Below are positions 9,022 to 19,767 of a DNA stretch of 64,000 bases, in pieces. Numbering within the stretch: position 1 is the first letter of the stretch; each line of letters begins with the position of its first letter. The position numbers and the translations under genes were made by a program. The notes beneath the pieces were generated by a model. That model searched no databases and was not told the DNA's origin. It saw only the letters and a list, made by a program, of their open reading frames with translations. This DNA comes from an uncultured bacterium. GTDB lineage: Bacteria > JAGOEH01 > CAYLKS01. The stretch is from assembly GCA_964384205.1 (NCBI GenBank), contig CAYLKS010000004.1, forward strand, positions 13,301 to 77,300. Direction: 5' to 3'.

Positions 9022-10062
9022 ATGAATAAAATTAAAGTAGGTGTTTTAGGTGCTACCGGTAGTGTAGGGCAAAAATTTATCCAACTTTTGGAAAATCATC
9101 CATGGTTCGAAGTTACAGAAGTAGCAGCGTCTTCACGATCTGCAGGTAAAAAATATAAAGAAGCTGTTAATTGGTTTTTAAATACTCCCATTCCTGAAAA
9201 AATAAAAGATATAATTGTTAAAGAAGCAAAGCCTGATCTTGATTGTAAAATAGTATTTTCTGGTTTAGATGCATCCGTTGCAGGACCTATTGAAGAAGAA
9301 TTTGCAAAAAATGGATATATTGTGGTTTCAAATTCTCGAAATCATAGATTTGATGAAGATGTTCCATTGCTTGTTCCCGAAATAAATGCTGAACATTTGG
9401 AGTTGATAAAAACTCAGAAATATGGAGATGGTTTTATTGTTACTAATCCGAATTGTTCAACAATTGGCATGGTAATGGCTTTGAAACCATTGTATGATAA
9501 TTTTGGAATAGAGTCTGTATCTGTTGTTACAATGCAAGCTTTATCAGGGGCAGGGTATCCGGGGGTTTCTTCTTTAGATATTATTGATAATGTAGTTCCT
9601 TTTATTAAAAGTGAAGAAGAGAAGATGCAAAGTGAACCATTAAAAATACTTGGTGAATATAAAAATGGCAAAATAGAATTTGCTGATATTAAAATTAGCG
9701 CATCCTGTAATAGAGTACCTGTGGTTGATGGACATCTGGAAAGCGTTTCTGTGAAATTAAAAAAGCAAGCAACAGAAGAAGAAATTATTAAAGCATGGCA
9801 AAATTTTAAAGGCATACCGCAGGAATTGGATTTGCCATCAGCTCCTAAACAGCCGGTGCATTATTTTTTTGAAAATAATTTTCCGCAACCAAGGATTCAC
9901 AGAAATTTAGAAAATGGTATGGCAGTTAGTGTCGGTAGGTTGAGGAAATGCCCGGTATTAGATTATAAATTTATGGTATTATCTCATAATACTGTACGTG
10001 GTGCTGCTGGTATTGCAATTTTAAATGCAGAACTCCTGTATAAAAAAGGTTATATAAAATAG
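9022..10062 (+). CDS. asd: Aspartate-semialdehyde dehydrogenase
   Basis: VGVLGATGSVGQ is the Rossmann motif. The active-site region is NPNCSTIGMVMAL, and SGAGYPG and the C-terminal HNTVRGAAG are also present. Length 346 aa. Confidence 0.85.
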   Translation: MNKIKVGVLGATGSVGQKFIQLLENHPWFEVTEVAASSRSAGKKYKEAVNWFLNTPIPEKIKDIIVKEAKPDLDCKIVFSGLDASVAGPIEEEFAKNGYIVVSNSRNHRFDEDVPLLVPEINAEHLELIKTQKYGDGFIVTNPNCSTIGMVMALKPLYDNFGIESVSVVTMQALSGAGYPGVSSLDIIDNVVPFIKSEEEKMQSEPLKILGEYKNGKIEFADIKISASCNRVPVVDGHLESVSVKLKKQATEEEIIKAWQNFKGIPQELDLPSAPKQPVHYFFENNFPQPRIHRNLENGMAVSVGRLRKCPVLDYKFMVLSHNTVRGAAGIAILNAELLYKKGYIK

Positions 10063-10998
10063 ATGAAGAAAAGTGTAAAAGTTTTTGCTCCTGCAACTGT
10101 TGCAAATTTTATTGTTGGTTATGATATAATTGGTTTTGCATTAGAAGAGCCAGGAGATATTGTAGAAGTATCACTTAATAATAAGGATAAGATAGAAATA
10201 ATTGATATTAAAAGTGATTATTCTTTACCATTTGATATTGAAAAAAATACAGCAACTATTCCAATACTTGAGTTGTTAAATGAGCATAATATAAATATTG
10301 GACTTGATATAAAGATTGAAAAAGGCTTGCCAATTGGTAGCGGCTTGGGTTCTTCTGCTGCAAGTGCAGTCGCTGCCATTTATGCTTTAAATCTGTTATT
10401 AGATGAGAGATTTTCAAAAATACAATTGTTGAAATATTTACAGCTATCTGAAAAAATGGTTAGTGGTTCTCCTCATGCTGATAATGTTGCGCCTTCTTTA
10501 TTGGGAGGCATTGTTATAATTCAAAATTATAATCCTCTTAGTGTTAAAAAATTAAATTTAGATTTTGATTATTATGTTTCCATTATTACCCCAGATATAG
10601 CAATAAAAACAAAAGCAGCAAGGAATATGTTGCCTGAAAATGTGAAATTGAAAGATGCGGTTACTCAATGGGCTAATATAGCCGCAATGATTTCTGCTTT
10701 GTATGAACAAGATGATGATTTACTGGGCTTATCTTTGAAAGATATTATAATTGAGCCTGTGAGAGCAAACTTGATACCATATTTTTATGATATGAGAGAT
10801 ATAGCTTTAAAAAAGAGAGCAATATGTTTTGGCATATCTGGTTCAGGCCCATCAGTTTTTTTTCTTAATAGAAACAAAGCAGAAGCAGAAGTGATTATTC
10901 GGGAAATTTCAGAATTTTTATATAAAAAAAATATTAGTCATAAGAAATTTGTTACTAAAATCAATAATATTGGTCCTAAGGTTCTGGATATAAAATAA
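10063..10998 (+). CDS. thrB: Homoserine kinase (GHMP kinase family)
   Basis: The GHMP ATP-binding motif PIGSGLGSSAASAVAA is present. Length is 311 aa. The ATG directly follows the asd stop (TAGATG), and the gene sits between asd and thrC. Confidence 0.8.
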   Translation: MKKSVKVFAPATVANFIVGYDIIGFALEEPGDIVEVSLNNKDKIEIIDIKSDYSLPFDIEKNTATIPILELLNEHNINIGLDIKIEKGLPIGSGLGSSAASAVAAIYALNLLLDERFSKIQLLKYLQLSEKMVSGSPHADNVAPSLLGGIVIIQNYNPLSVKKLNLDFDYYVSIITPDIAIKTKAARNMLPENVKLKDAVTQWANIAAMISALYEQDDDLLGLSLKDIIIEPVRANLIPYFYDMRDIALKKRAICFGISGSGPSVFFLNRNKAEAEVIIREISEFLYKKNISHKKFVTKINNIGPKVLDIK

Positions 10999-11030
10999 TA
11001 AAATTTTTGGATAAAAAAGGATAAAATTAT

Positions 11031-12335
11031 ATGAAATATTATTCAACAAAAAATCCTGCAGTAAAAGTTTCTGAGGAAATAGCTGTTTTAAAAGGCTTAC
11101 CAGAAGATAATGGTTTATTTGTACCGGAGGAGATACCTTTATTAGATGATAATTTTTTTAAAAATATTGAGAAATGGTCTTTTCAAGAGATTTCTTTTGA
11201 AGTGGCAAAAATATTTTTTGATAGTATTGACGAGAAAGAGTTAAAAAATATAATTTATGATGCTATAAATTTTGATGCTCCAGTTGTAAATATAGATAAT
11301 AATATTTTTACATTGGAATTATTTCATGGTCCGACTCTTGCTTTTAAAGATTTTGGTGCGCGCTTTATGTCCAGAGTGATGTCTTATTTTATAAATAAGT
11401 ACAATAAAAAATTGGTTATTTTGGTGGCTACTTCTGGAGATACTGGCAGTGCTGTTGCTAATGGATTTTATGGTATTGACAATATAGATGTTGTAATTCT
11501 TTATCCTTCGAAGAAAATTAGTAATATTCAAGAAAAACAGATAGCTACTCTTGATAAGAATATTATAGCTTTAGAAATTGATGGGACTTTTGACGATTGT
11601 CAGTATCTTGTTAAAACAGCATTTTTAGATAGTCATTTAAACACAAAAATTATGTTATCTTCTGCTAATTCTATAAATGTTGCTCGTTTGATTCCGCAAT
11701 CTTTTTATTATTTTTACGCCTATTCACAATTGCAGAATAAAGATAATGTATATATTTCTGTTCCAAGTGGTAATTTTGGCAATCTTACTGCTGGGCTTTT
11801 TGCTAAAAGAATGGGACTTCCTGTAAAAAAATTTGTTGCTTCTACTAATGCAAATTCTGTGTTTACGGAATATTTAAATACAGGAGAATATAGACCCCGC
11901 CCTTCTATAAAGACTATATCTAATGCTATGGATGTCGGTAATCCAAGCAATTTTGAAAGAATAAAATGGCTATATAAAGATAATATTAATGCAGTTCGTG
12001 AAGATATTGTAAGTTATAGCTTTTCTGATGATGAAACTAAAATTGCAATAAAAGAAGTTTTTGGAAAATCTGGTTATATATTAGATCCTCATGGAGCTGT
12101 TGGTTATTTAGGTCTGATAAATTTTTTCGAAGAAGTTGTACAGGATAATAAAACTGGTATTTTTTTGGAAACTGCCCATCCTGCAAAATTTTTGGATATT
12201 GTAGAACCTGTTATTAATAGCAAAGTGGATGTTCCTAAACGGCTTGGAAAATTTTTAAATAAGGAAAAAAGAGCTTTGAAATTATCTAATAAGTTTGATG
12301 ATTTAAAAAATTATTTATTAAATGTTTATGGATAA
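11031..12335 (+). CDS. thrC: Threonine synthase
   Basis: The PLP lysine motif FHGPTLAFKDFGARF and ATSGDTGSA are present. Length is 434 aa and the gene lies in the thr operon. Confidence 0.85.
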   Translation: MKYYSTKNPAVKVSEEIAVLKGLPEDNGLFVPEEIPLLDDNFFKNIEKWSFQEISFEVAKIFFDSIDEKELKNIIYDAINFDAPVVNIDNNIFTLELFHGPTLAFKDFGARFMSRVMSYFINKYNKKLVILVATSGDTGSAVANGFYGIDNIDVVILYPSKKISNIQEKQIATLDKNIIALEIDGTFDDCQYLVKTAFLDSHLNTKIMLSSANSINVARLIPQSFYYFYAYSQLQNKDNVYISVPSGNFGNLTAGLFAKRMGLPVKKFVASTNANSVFTEYLNTGEYRPRPSIKTISNAMDVGNPSNFERIKWLYKDNINAVREDIVSYSFSDDETKIAIKEVFGKSGYILDPHGAVGYLGLINFFEEVVQDNKTGIFLETAHPAKFLDIVEPVINSKVDVPKRLGKFLNKEKRALKLSNKFDDLKNYLLNVYG

Positions 12336-12798
12336 TTTGAAGATAATTTTTGAAAAAGATTTTAATCCAGCGGAAATTAAAATTTCTCCACGGCCTGTGT
12401 GGAAGTGTAGGAACTGCGTAGAATACAATTTAAATCCATCATGCCCGCCTTATGCACCTGATTGGAGAGAAGCTGAAAAATTTATTAAGTCATATAAAAA
12501 AGCGCGAATTTATAAGTTTGGAGTGGATATAAAATACTATAAAGAGAGTAAAAAGAAAATAGAAAGATATTTAATAGAAGTAGAAAAACAAAATTTTAGA
12601 AAATATAATTATGTTTACGCTATATACCCTGGTTCATGTAATTATTGTGATAAATGTACTTTTGATATGGCAATAGGACGGTGTAAGAATTTTCAATATG
12701 TTCGTCCTTCTATTAATGCTATAGGGATTGAAATATCTTCTATTGTTGATATTGATTTTAATGAGCAAGTTTTATATGGGATTATTTTATTTGAGTAA
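12322..12798 (+). CDS. Small Cys-rich putative metal-binding protein (DUF2284-like?)
   Basis: This 158-aa ORF overlaps the thrC stop by 14 nt. It has spaced Cys clusters (CRNCVEYNLNPSCPPYAP ... CNYCDKC ... C). No closer family assignment is possible by eye. Confidence 0.3.
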   Translation: MFMDNLKIIFEKDFNPAEIKISPRPVWKCRNCVEYNLNPSCPPYAPDWREAEKFIKSYKKARIYKFGVDIKYYKESKKKIERYLIEVEKQNFRKYNYVYAIYPGSCNYCDKCTFDMAIGRCKNFQYVRPSINAIGIEISSIVDIDFNEQVLYGIILFE

Positions 12799-12851
12799 AG
12801 AATTTTTAATTGGTACAATTTTTATGTGAAATTTTTCTGTGGAATAATTTA

Positions 12852-13691
12852 TTAAAATAAAAAGGACTTGTTCTGTAGCTTGAGAAAGTTTTCTAATCCT
12901 TTTATAACAAGGTTTTCTTCAGTTTTAATTATTTTTATTTTGCAAGATTTATACAATTCATCTATGCTAAATTGTTGAGCAGATTTTAAAGCACTTTCAA
13001 TATAATATTTATAATTAGATGTGCCACCACTAATTACGATTAGATTCGGGTTATATAAATTTATTACATTTGCAAGGCCTATGCCGAAATAAAATCCAGT
13101 TTTTTTTATTATTTCAATAGCTGATTGATCATTTATATCCAATAATTTTTTTATTTCTTCAGGTGATTTGTTATTCATAAGTTTAATAATTGCAGCGCCA
13201 CTTGCTACTTGATCCAGAGTTTGTACATTATTAGAGTCAATTATTATGTTTGTAGAACCTAATTCACCGGCCCATCCATTTGCTCCTGTTATTATTTTGT
13301 TATTAGAGAATATCCCCATGCCTATACCAGTTCCTACCATAATTACAATAATTGTATTTAATTTATCGAATTTATCGAATTGTGAAAATAAAGCAGCTGT
13401 TACATCATTTATAAAATGAATTTCTTGATTAGAATCAATAAAATCTGTAGTTAAATCTTTCAAATCTGGAATTACATAAGATAAAATAACATGATTGAAA
13501 TTTTTTACTAAGCCGGGAATTGCTATTCCTATTTTATAATGTTTTGCAGGTATTTCATGCAAAAAATCTTTTATTTGTTTCTTTATAAAATTTTTAGTAC
13601 ATTTTATACCTGTTGGTATTATTTTTTTTATATTTTTATGGGATATTAGCATTTTTGTTCCGCCAATATCGATAAATATATTATTATTCAT
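12852..13691 (-). CDS. ROK-family sugar kinase (glucokinase / N-acetylglucosamine kinase-like)
   Basis: The N-terminus FIDIGGTK is an ATPase motif. The ROK signature region is MVGTGIGMGIFSNNKIITGANGWAGELGST. Length 279 aa. Confidence 0.7.
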   Translation of the reverse strand: MNNNIFIDIGGTKMLISHKNIKKIIPTGIKCTKNFIKKQIKDFLHEIPAKHYKIGIAIPGLVKNFNHVILSYVIPDLKDLTTDFIDSNQEIHFINDVTAALFSQFDKFDKLNTIIVIMVGTGIGMGIFSNNKIITGANGWAGELGSTNIIIDSNNVQTLDQVASGAAIIKLMNNKSPEEIKKLLDINDQSAIEIIKKTGFYFGIGLANVINLYNPNLIVISGGTSNYKYYIESALKSAQQFSIDELYKSCKIKIIKTEENLVIKGLENFLKLQNKSFLF

Positions 13692-13731
13692 AGTTAGTTA
13701 ATATACGAAAAAAAATTTAAATTTCAAATTT

Positions 13732-14523
13732 TTAAATTTTGTTATGAAATATCTTTTTTAGATTATTCTTTATAATTTGACACAATTCCAATTCACTTAT
13801 ATTCAAAATATTTGCAGCTGCTTTATAAACATATTTTATGTTTGTTGGAATATTGTAGTTTTGATTTTTCCCAAAGAGTGGTATATAGGGAGCATCTGTT
13901 TCAAGGAGTAGTTTAGATATAGGTACTTTCAGCAGTTTTTCTCTTAATTTATTTGCTCTTGGAGCAATAATTGCACCATTGAAACTAAAATAAATATTGA
14001 ATTTAAGAAATTCATCGATTATAGCCAGTGGTCCTGAAAAAGAATGAATGATATATGTAATTTCTTTTAAAAAGGGTTTTCTTTTTAATAATTGTAAAAA
14101 TTCGTAATAGGATTTACGAAGGTGTAAAATCATTGGTAAATTATTTTTGTATGCTTCTTGAGCCAATATAAGAAAAAGGTTACTTTGTTCTTTTCTATAT
14201 TTTTGTCCATCTGTGAAATCGAGACCAGTTTCTCCTATAGCAATACAATTTTTATTATTGAGATTTGCGATAGCTGAATCTAAGAATTTTTCATAGCGTA
14301 AGACATCATAAGGATGAATGCCGATTGAATATTTTATATTTTGATATTTTTGTGTTAGAGCTTTATGAAATTCAATTGACGGCGGATCTAATGCAGAAGA
14401 TATCCATAGCTTGATATTTTCAGATTTTGATTGAGTTATAAAATTTTTTATTTTATTATGAAATCTTACATCATCGAAATGGCAGTGTACATCATAGTAT
14501 TCAATTTTCATATAATTGGTCAA
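13732..14523 (-). CDS. TatD-family metal-dependent hydrolase/DNase
   Basis: YYDVHCHFDD is the N-terminal His motif, and GETGLDF and ILHLR are also present. The true start may be the internal Met at 14511 (MKIEYYDVHCH). Confidence 0.75.
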   Translation of the reverse strand: MTNYMKIEYYDVHCHFDDVRFHNKIKNFITQSKSENIKLWISSALDPPSIEFHKALTQKYQNIKYSIGIHPYDVLRYEKFLDSAIANLNNKNCIAIGETGLDFTDGQKYRKEQSNLFLILAQEAYKNNLPMILHLRKSYYEFLQLLKRKPFLKEITYIIHSFSGPLAIIDEFLKFNIYFSFNGAIIAPRANKLREKLLKVPISKLLLETDAPYIPLFGKNQNYNIPTNIKYVYKAAANILNISELELCQIIKNNLKKIFHNKI

Positions 14524-15142
14524 TTATTTTAGTTATTTCATGGATATTGTTTATATGAAAATGGGGTGTGCCATTTTTTTGTTTGTTTACCAGTACTGTT
14601 TTAATATTTAGTTCTTTGGCTTCTTTAAGATATTTCCATATATCATCAAACATAACAAATTCATGAAAATAAGCTTTTTTGTCAATATATTTTGTGACTT
14701 TTATATAAGAGTCCCGATGAATTTTATTTTTGAATTCCATAAACTGTATATCAAAAATTTTTTCTATATATTTTTCAATGCCAAGTGCTTTTACAACTTT
14801 TTGTGCATATTTATAATATGAATTTGTTAAAATAAAGATTGGACATTGTATGGATTCCATGATGAGCTGTAGTTTTTTGTCTTCTTTTGGAAGATATTTA
14901 TCATCGACATCATGGACAAACTCTAAAAAATCATAAGGATTTATTTTAAAATTCACGATTAAACCTTCCATCGTTGTTCCATATTGTTGATAATATTGTT
15001 TTCTTAAATTTTGTGCATCCTCAAAAGAGTAGTTATAATTTTGCACGATATATTCTGTCATTAATCTATCGACTTCTTTAAGAGGCCCTTCATTTGGAGA
15101 ATATAAAGTATTATCAAGGTCAAAAAGAAAGTATTTTATCAT
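14501..15142 (-). CDS. HAD-superfamily hydrolase (pyrimidine 5'-nucleotidase/SSM1-like)
   Basis: Motif I at the N-terminus is FLFDLDNTLY (DxDxT). The C-terminus has FDDI(W). Length 213 aa. Confidence 0.6.
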   Translation of the reverse strand: MIKYFLFDLDNTLYSPNEGPLKEVDRLMTEYIVQNYNYSFEDAQNLRKQYYQQYGTTMEGLIVNFKINPYDFLEFVHDVDDKYLPKEDKKLQLIMESIQCPIFILTNSYYKYAQKVVKALGIEKYIEKIFDIQFMEFKNKIHRDSYIKVTKYIDKKAYFHEFVMFDDIWKYLKEAKELNIKTVLVNKQKNGTPHFHINNIHEITKIIDQLYEN

Positions 15143-16641
15143 GAATATAATTTATATGAAATCTTTTTTAAGTCAAGACTAATCTCTGAATTATTATTGT
15201 ATAAAAGAAAAGGTTTAAAATTTTTTATATAATTACTGATAGATGGATTTTCTCGTACAATCCCTGCAAATTCAATATTTAAATTTAGATAATTTTTGGA
15301 GTATTCTATTACTGCATTTGCAAATTTGATGTCAGAAGCAGTTTTTACTCTGTTAAGTACTAATTTGATTTTGAATTTTTTTATTGTATCGATTACTATT
15401 TGTGAAAATATAGGGTTGATTTTTTGTAATGTTATAATAAATTCTGGAATATTTTTTATTTCATTATTATCAGGATCAATTAATATTTCAATTTTTTTCC
15501 TTATTTCAATATATTTATTTAGGTTATTATTTTTTGTGATTTCTCTAAAAAGTGTTTTTTTTATAAAAGTGCTGACATTCTCAATAGATGTTGGCTCTGG
15601 ATTTATTATCATTAAACCATTTTTTGCAAATCTGAAAAAGTCTATAACATTATATGAAGAACCAGAGCCTAAGTCGAGCAAGATATAATCAGCGTCTAAT
15701 TTTTTTATATTATTGATTAATTTTATTTTTGTGCGATATGGTAAATTTGCTAATTGCAGAATATCTTTTGCGCCTGATATAAATTTTAAGTTTGGGATTT
15801 CTGTATCAATTAGAATTTCATTGATATTTTTTTTGTTTTTATAAAGAAAATCAGATAGAGTTACAGGTGGATATTTTATTCCAAGAAATGTATGTAAGTT
15901 TGCAGCTCCCAGATCGACATCGATGATTATTACCTTTTTGCCTTGATTTGCCAGCAGTATTCCCATACTTGAACATATAAAGCTTTTACCAGTTCCTCCT
16001 TTTGAACCGCCCACTGCAATAAAGTTTTTATTTTCAATATTTAATTCTTCAAAAGGATTTCCATAAGTAATTTCTTTTGTTTCTTCTTGAATATTTGAGG
16101 TAGTTAGTTCTTCAAATTTTTTTATTAAAATTTCTACATTTTCATTTATTTTGAGTGTTTCATTATCATTATAATATTTTTCAACTAAAGCTTTTTCTTG
16201 ATAATATGTTTTTAGATAATCTATAATATTTGCAAAATGTTCTTTTATTTCGAAAAGTAAATCTTTTAACTGATTATTGTTCTCAAAAATAGCACTCAGA
16301 AGTATAAAGTAATTTTTTAAAGAAGTAACATCTTTTTCCATAGAATATAATATTTTAAATATAATTTTTTTTATTCTTTCATCTACAGTTTTATTATTTA
16401 ATGAAAATTTTATGATTTTTAGTAGATTATCTATATTTGAATTGATAGTATTAAATTTTTTTAAAATAATTGAATTTTGTTTTGATAGTTCTGATATGTT
16501 GATTATTTCTTTATTATCGATTCTAAAGTCGTTTGTATTAATATCATTGATTTTTTGATTTAATATATCTGCAATTTTTATTATATATTTGAGTATATCT
16601 TCATAGGATTTTATCTCATAAATTTCTATTTCATTTTTCAT
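15139..16641 (-). CDS. ParA/MinD-family (SIMIBI) P-loop ATPase with a ~200-aa N-terminal coiled-coil extension
   Basis: The deviant Walker A is GGSKGGTGKS, followed by IIIDVDLGAANLHTFLG, which resembles the MinD/FlhG/BY-kinase switch region. There is no C-terminal tyrosine cluster. Its start overlaps the HAD gene by 4 nt. Confidence 0.55.
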   Translation of the reverse strand: MKNEIEIYEIKSYEDILKYIIKIADILNQKINDINTNDFRIDNKEIINISELSKQNSIILKKFNTINSNIDNLLKIIKFSLNNKTVDERIKKIIFKILYSMEKDVTSLKNYFILLSAIFENNNQLKDLLFEIKEHFANIIDYLKTYYQEKALVEKYYNDNETLKINENVEILIKKFEELTTSNIQEETKEITYGNPFEELNIENKNFIAVGGSKGGTGKSFICSSMGILLANQGKKVIIIDVDLGAANLHTFLGIKYPPVTLSDFLYKNKKNINEILIDTEIPNLKFISGAKDILQLANLPYRTKIKLINNIKKLDADYILLDLGSGSSYNVIDFFRFAKNGLMIINPEPTSIENVSTFIKKTLFREITKNNNLNKYIEIRKKIEILIDPDNNEIKNIPEFIITLQKINPIFSQIVIDTIKKFKIKLVLNRVKTASDIKFANAVIEYSKNYLNLNIEFAGIVRENPSISNYIKNFKPFLLYNNNSEISLDLKKISYKLYS

Positions 16642-16673
16642 AATTTAGTTTTTATGCAAAAATTATTCCATAA

Positions 16674-17366
16674 TTAGAGTAAAGATATAAAAATTATATA
16701 GAAAAATCTGATTAAATCGAGCAAGATATTGAAATGTGTACTGTATTCATTGTAAATTGTAGGGATATCAACATAGGAAATATTAAAATTATTTTTTACA
16801 AATTTTATCAAAATCTCAGTTTCTAATTCATATCGTATGCTTTTATAGGTAAATTTTTCCATTTTTTGTATGTTTATTAATCGAAAACCAGATTGGGTAT
16901 CAGGTATATATTTTTGTAATACTAAAGAAACAATAAGATTGCCTAAAAAGTTGCTTAATTTTCTCTGAAATGGCATGTGGTTATCTATTTTACGTTTGCC
17001 TATTATTAAATCAGAATTTGTTTTTTGTAATTTTTTTATAAAGTTTTTGATATATTTTGGCGGGTGCTGAAGGTCAGCATCTATAAATATAGCATATTTA
17101 AAATTATTTTTTCCAGCCCATGATGTGGCTTTAATTAAAGAAAAAGATTTACCTTGATTTTTAGAATTAGTTATAATTGTAATATCAAATTTTTTTATAA
17201 TATTTTCAGTATTATCTGAGCTTCCGTCATTTATAACTATTATTTGTTTTTTATGAAAATTATAGAGAGTAGAGATTTGCTCAAGAAGTTGTTTTATTGT
17301 AAATTGAGCATTATATGCTGGAATTATTATACATATATCATTTGGAATTGGAAACTTTCCAGACAT
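16674..17366 (-). CDS. Family 2 glycosyltransferase (polyprenol-phosphate glycosyltransferase-like)
   Basis: IIIPAYNAQ ... VINDGSSDNT ... IFIDADLQHPP are the GT2 DXD-type motifs. Length 230 aa. Confidence 0.7.
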   Translation of the reverse strand: MSGKFPIPNDICIIIPAYNAQFTIKQLLEQISTLYNFHKKQIIVINDGSSDNTENIIKKFDITIITNSKNQGKSFSLIKATSWAGKNNFKYAIFIDADLQHPPKYIKNFIKKLQKTNSDLIIGKRKIDNHMPFQRKLSNFLGNLIVSLVLQKYIPDTQSGFRLINIQKMEKFTYKSIRYELETEILIKFVKNNFNISYVDIPTIYNEYSTHFNILLDLIRFFYIIFISLL

Positions 17367-17934
17367 GTAATATTCTTTGAATAACTGTAAAATTTGTTGA
17401 GAGTGCGAGGAAGTATAATATATATTGCATACTGCCTGTTGGTAAGAAACAACCTAAGGCAAGTAAGACAACTCTTTCAGGTCTTTGAATAAGTCCCACT
17501 TTGCAGTCTAATCCGAGTCCTTCAGCTCTTGCTCTAACGTAACTTATTAGAAGAGAACCGGATATAGTAAAAAATATTGCAAGTAACACCATAGGATTTT
17601 GTAATTTATAGTAATATATTCCTAACCCTAAAAAAATTATTAGTTCTGAATATCTATCTAAGGTTGAATCTAATAAAGCTCCGAATTTTGTAACTTTATT
17701 TTGGTTTCTGGCAATATATCCATCTAACATATCAAAGAGGCCAGCAAAAAGAATTACAAATCCCGCAATAAAAATTTGTGATTTAGCCAAAAGGTATAAA
17801 ACCGCAAAGTTAATTAGAAAACCAGTTATTGATATAAAATTGGGAGAGGCATTAAAATATTCTAAAATTTTTATAAATGGTTTGAAAATAAAAATTATAA
17901 TATTTCTTAAAAAATCATGTACATTTTTTATCAT
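17338..17934 (-). CDS. CDP-alcohol phosphatidyltransferase (PgsA- or phosphatidylinositol-phosphate-synthase-like)
   Basis: The family signature D-G-x2-A-R-x8-G-x3-D-x3-D is present as DGYIARNQNKVTKFGALLDSTLDR. The 198-aa protein has multiple TM segments. Confidence 0.65.
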   Translation of the reverse strand: MIKNVHDFLRNIIIFIFKPFIKILEYFNASPNFISITGFLINFAVLYLLAKSQIFIAGFVILFAGLFDMLDGYIARNQNKVTKFGALLDSTLDRYSELIIFLGLGIYYYKLQNPMVLLAIFFTISGSLLISYVRARAEGLGLDCKVGLIQRPERVVLLALGCFLPTGSMQYILYFLALSTNFTVIQRILHVWKVSNSK

Positions 17935-18098
17935 TATAAAATAAGTCCTTTTTAGATTGTAAAACTCTCATTATAAAATGATAAATTATTTTTTGCTAAA
18001 AGTCAATAATAAAAAAGAATAATTTGAAGTTTAATATTTTTAATTAATCTTATTGTTATTGTTTAAAATTATTGATTATCAATAGATTAAAGTTATAA

Positions 18099-19553
<1,455 letters not shown>

Positions 19554-19574
19554 TTATAAAATAAATATTTTAAG

Positions 19575-19609
19575 AGGCAGATAGTAATTACGCTATCTGC
19601 CTTTTTTTA
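19575..19609 (+). terminator. Rho-independent terminator after gdhA
   Basis: A perfect 10-bp stem AGGCAGATAG/CTATCTGCCT with an 8-nt loop is followed by TTTTTTT. Confidence 0.7.
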
Positions 19610-19767
19610 TTTATTTAATAATTAAAAATTTTTCTTGATTTTTTTAGTTATCTTTGTAAAATAGAATTATGGACGTTTTTTTTATAATTAACATAAATTA
19701 TGGAAAATCTTAATTTTATATTCACAAAGGTGGTGTAATATTTATCCAAAAAATGGAAGGAGTGAGT

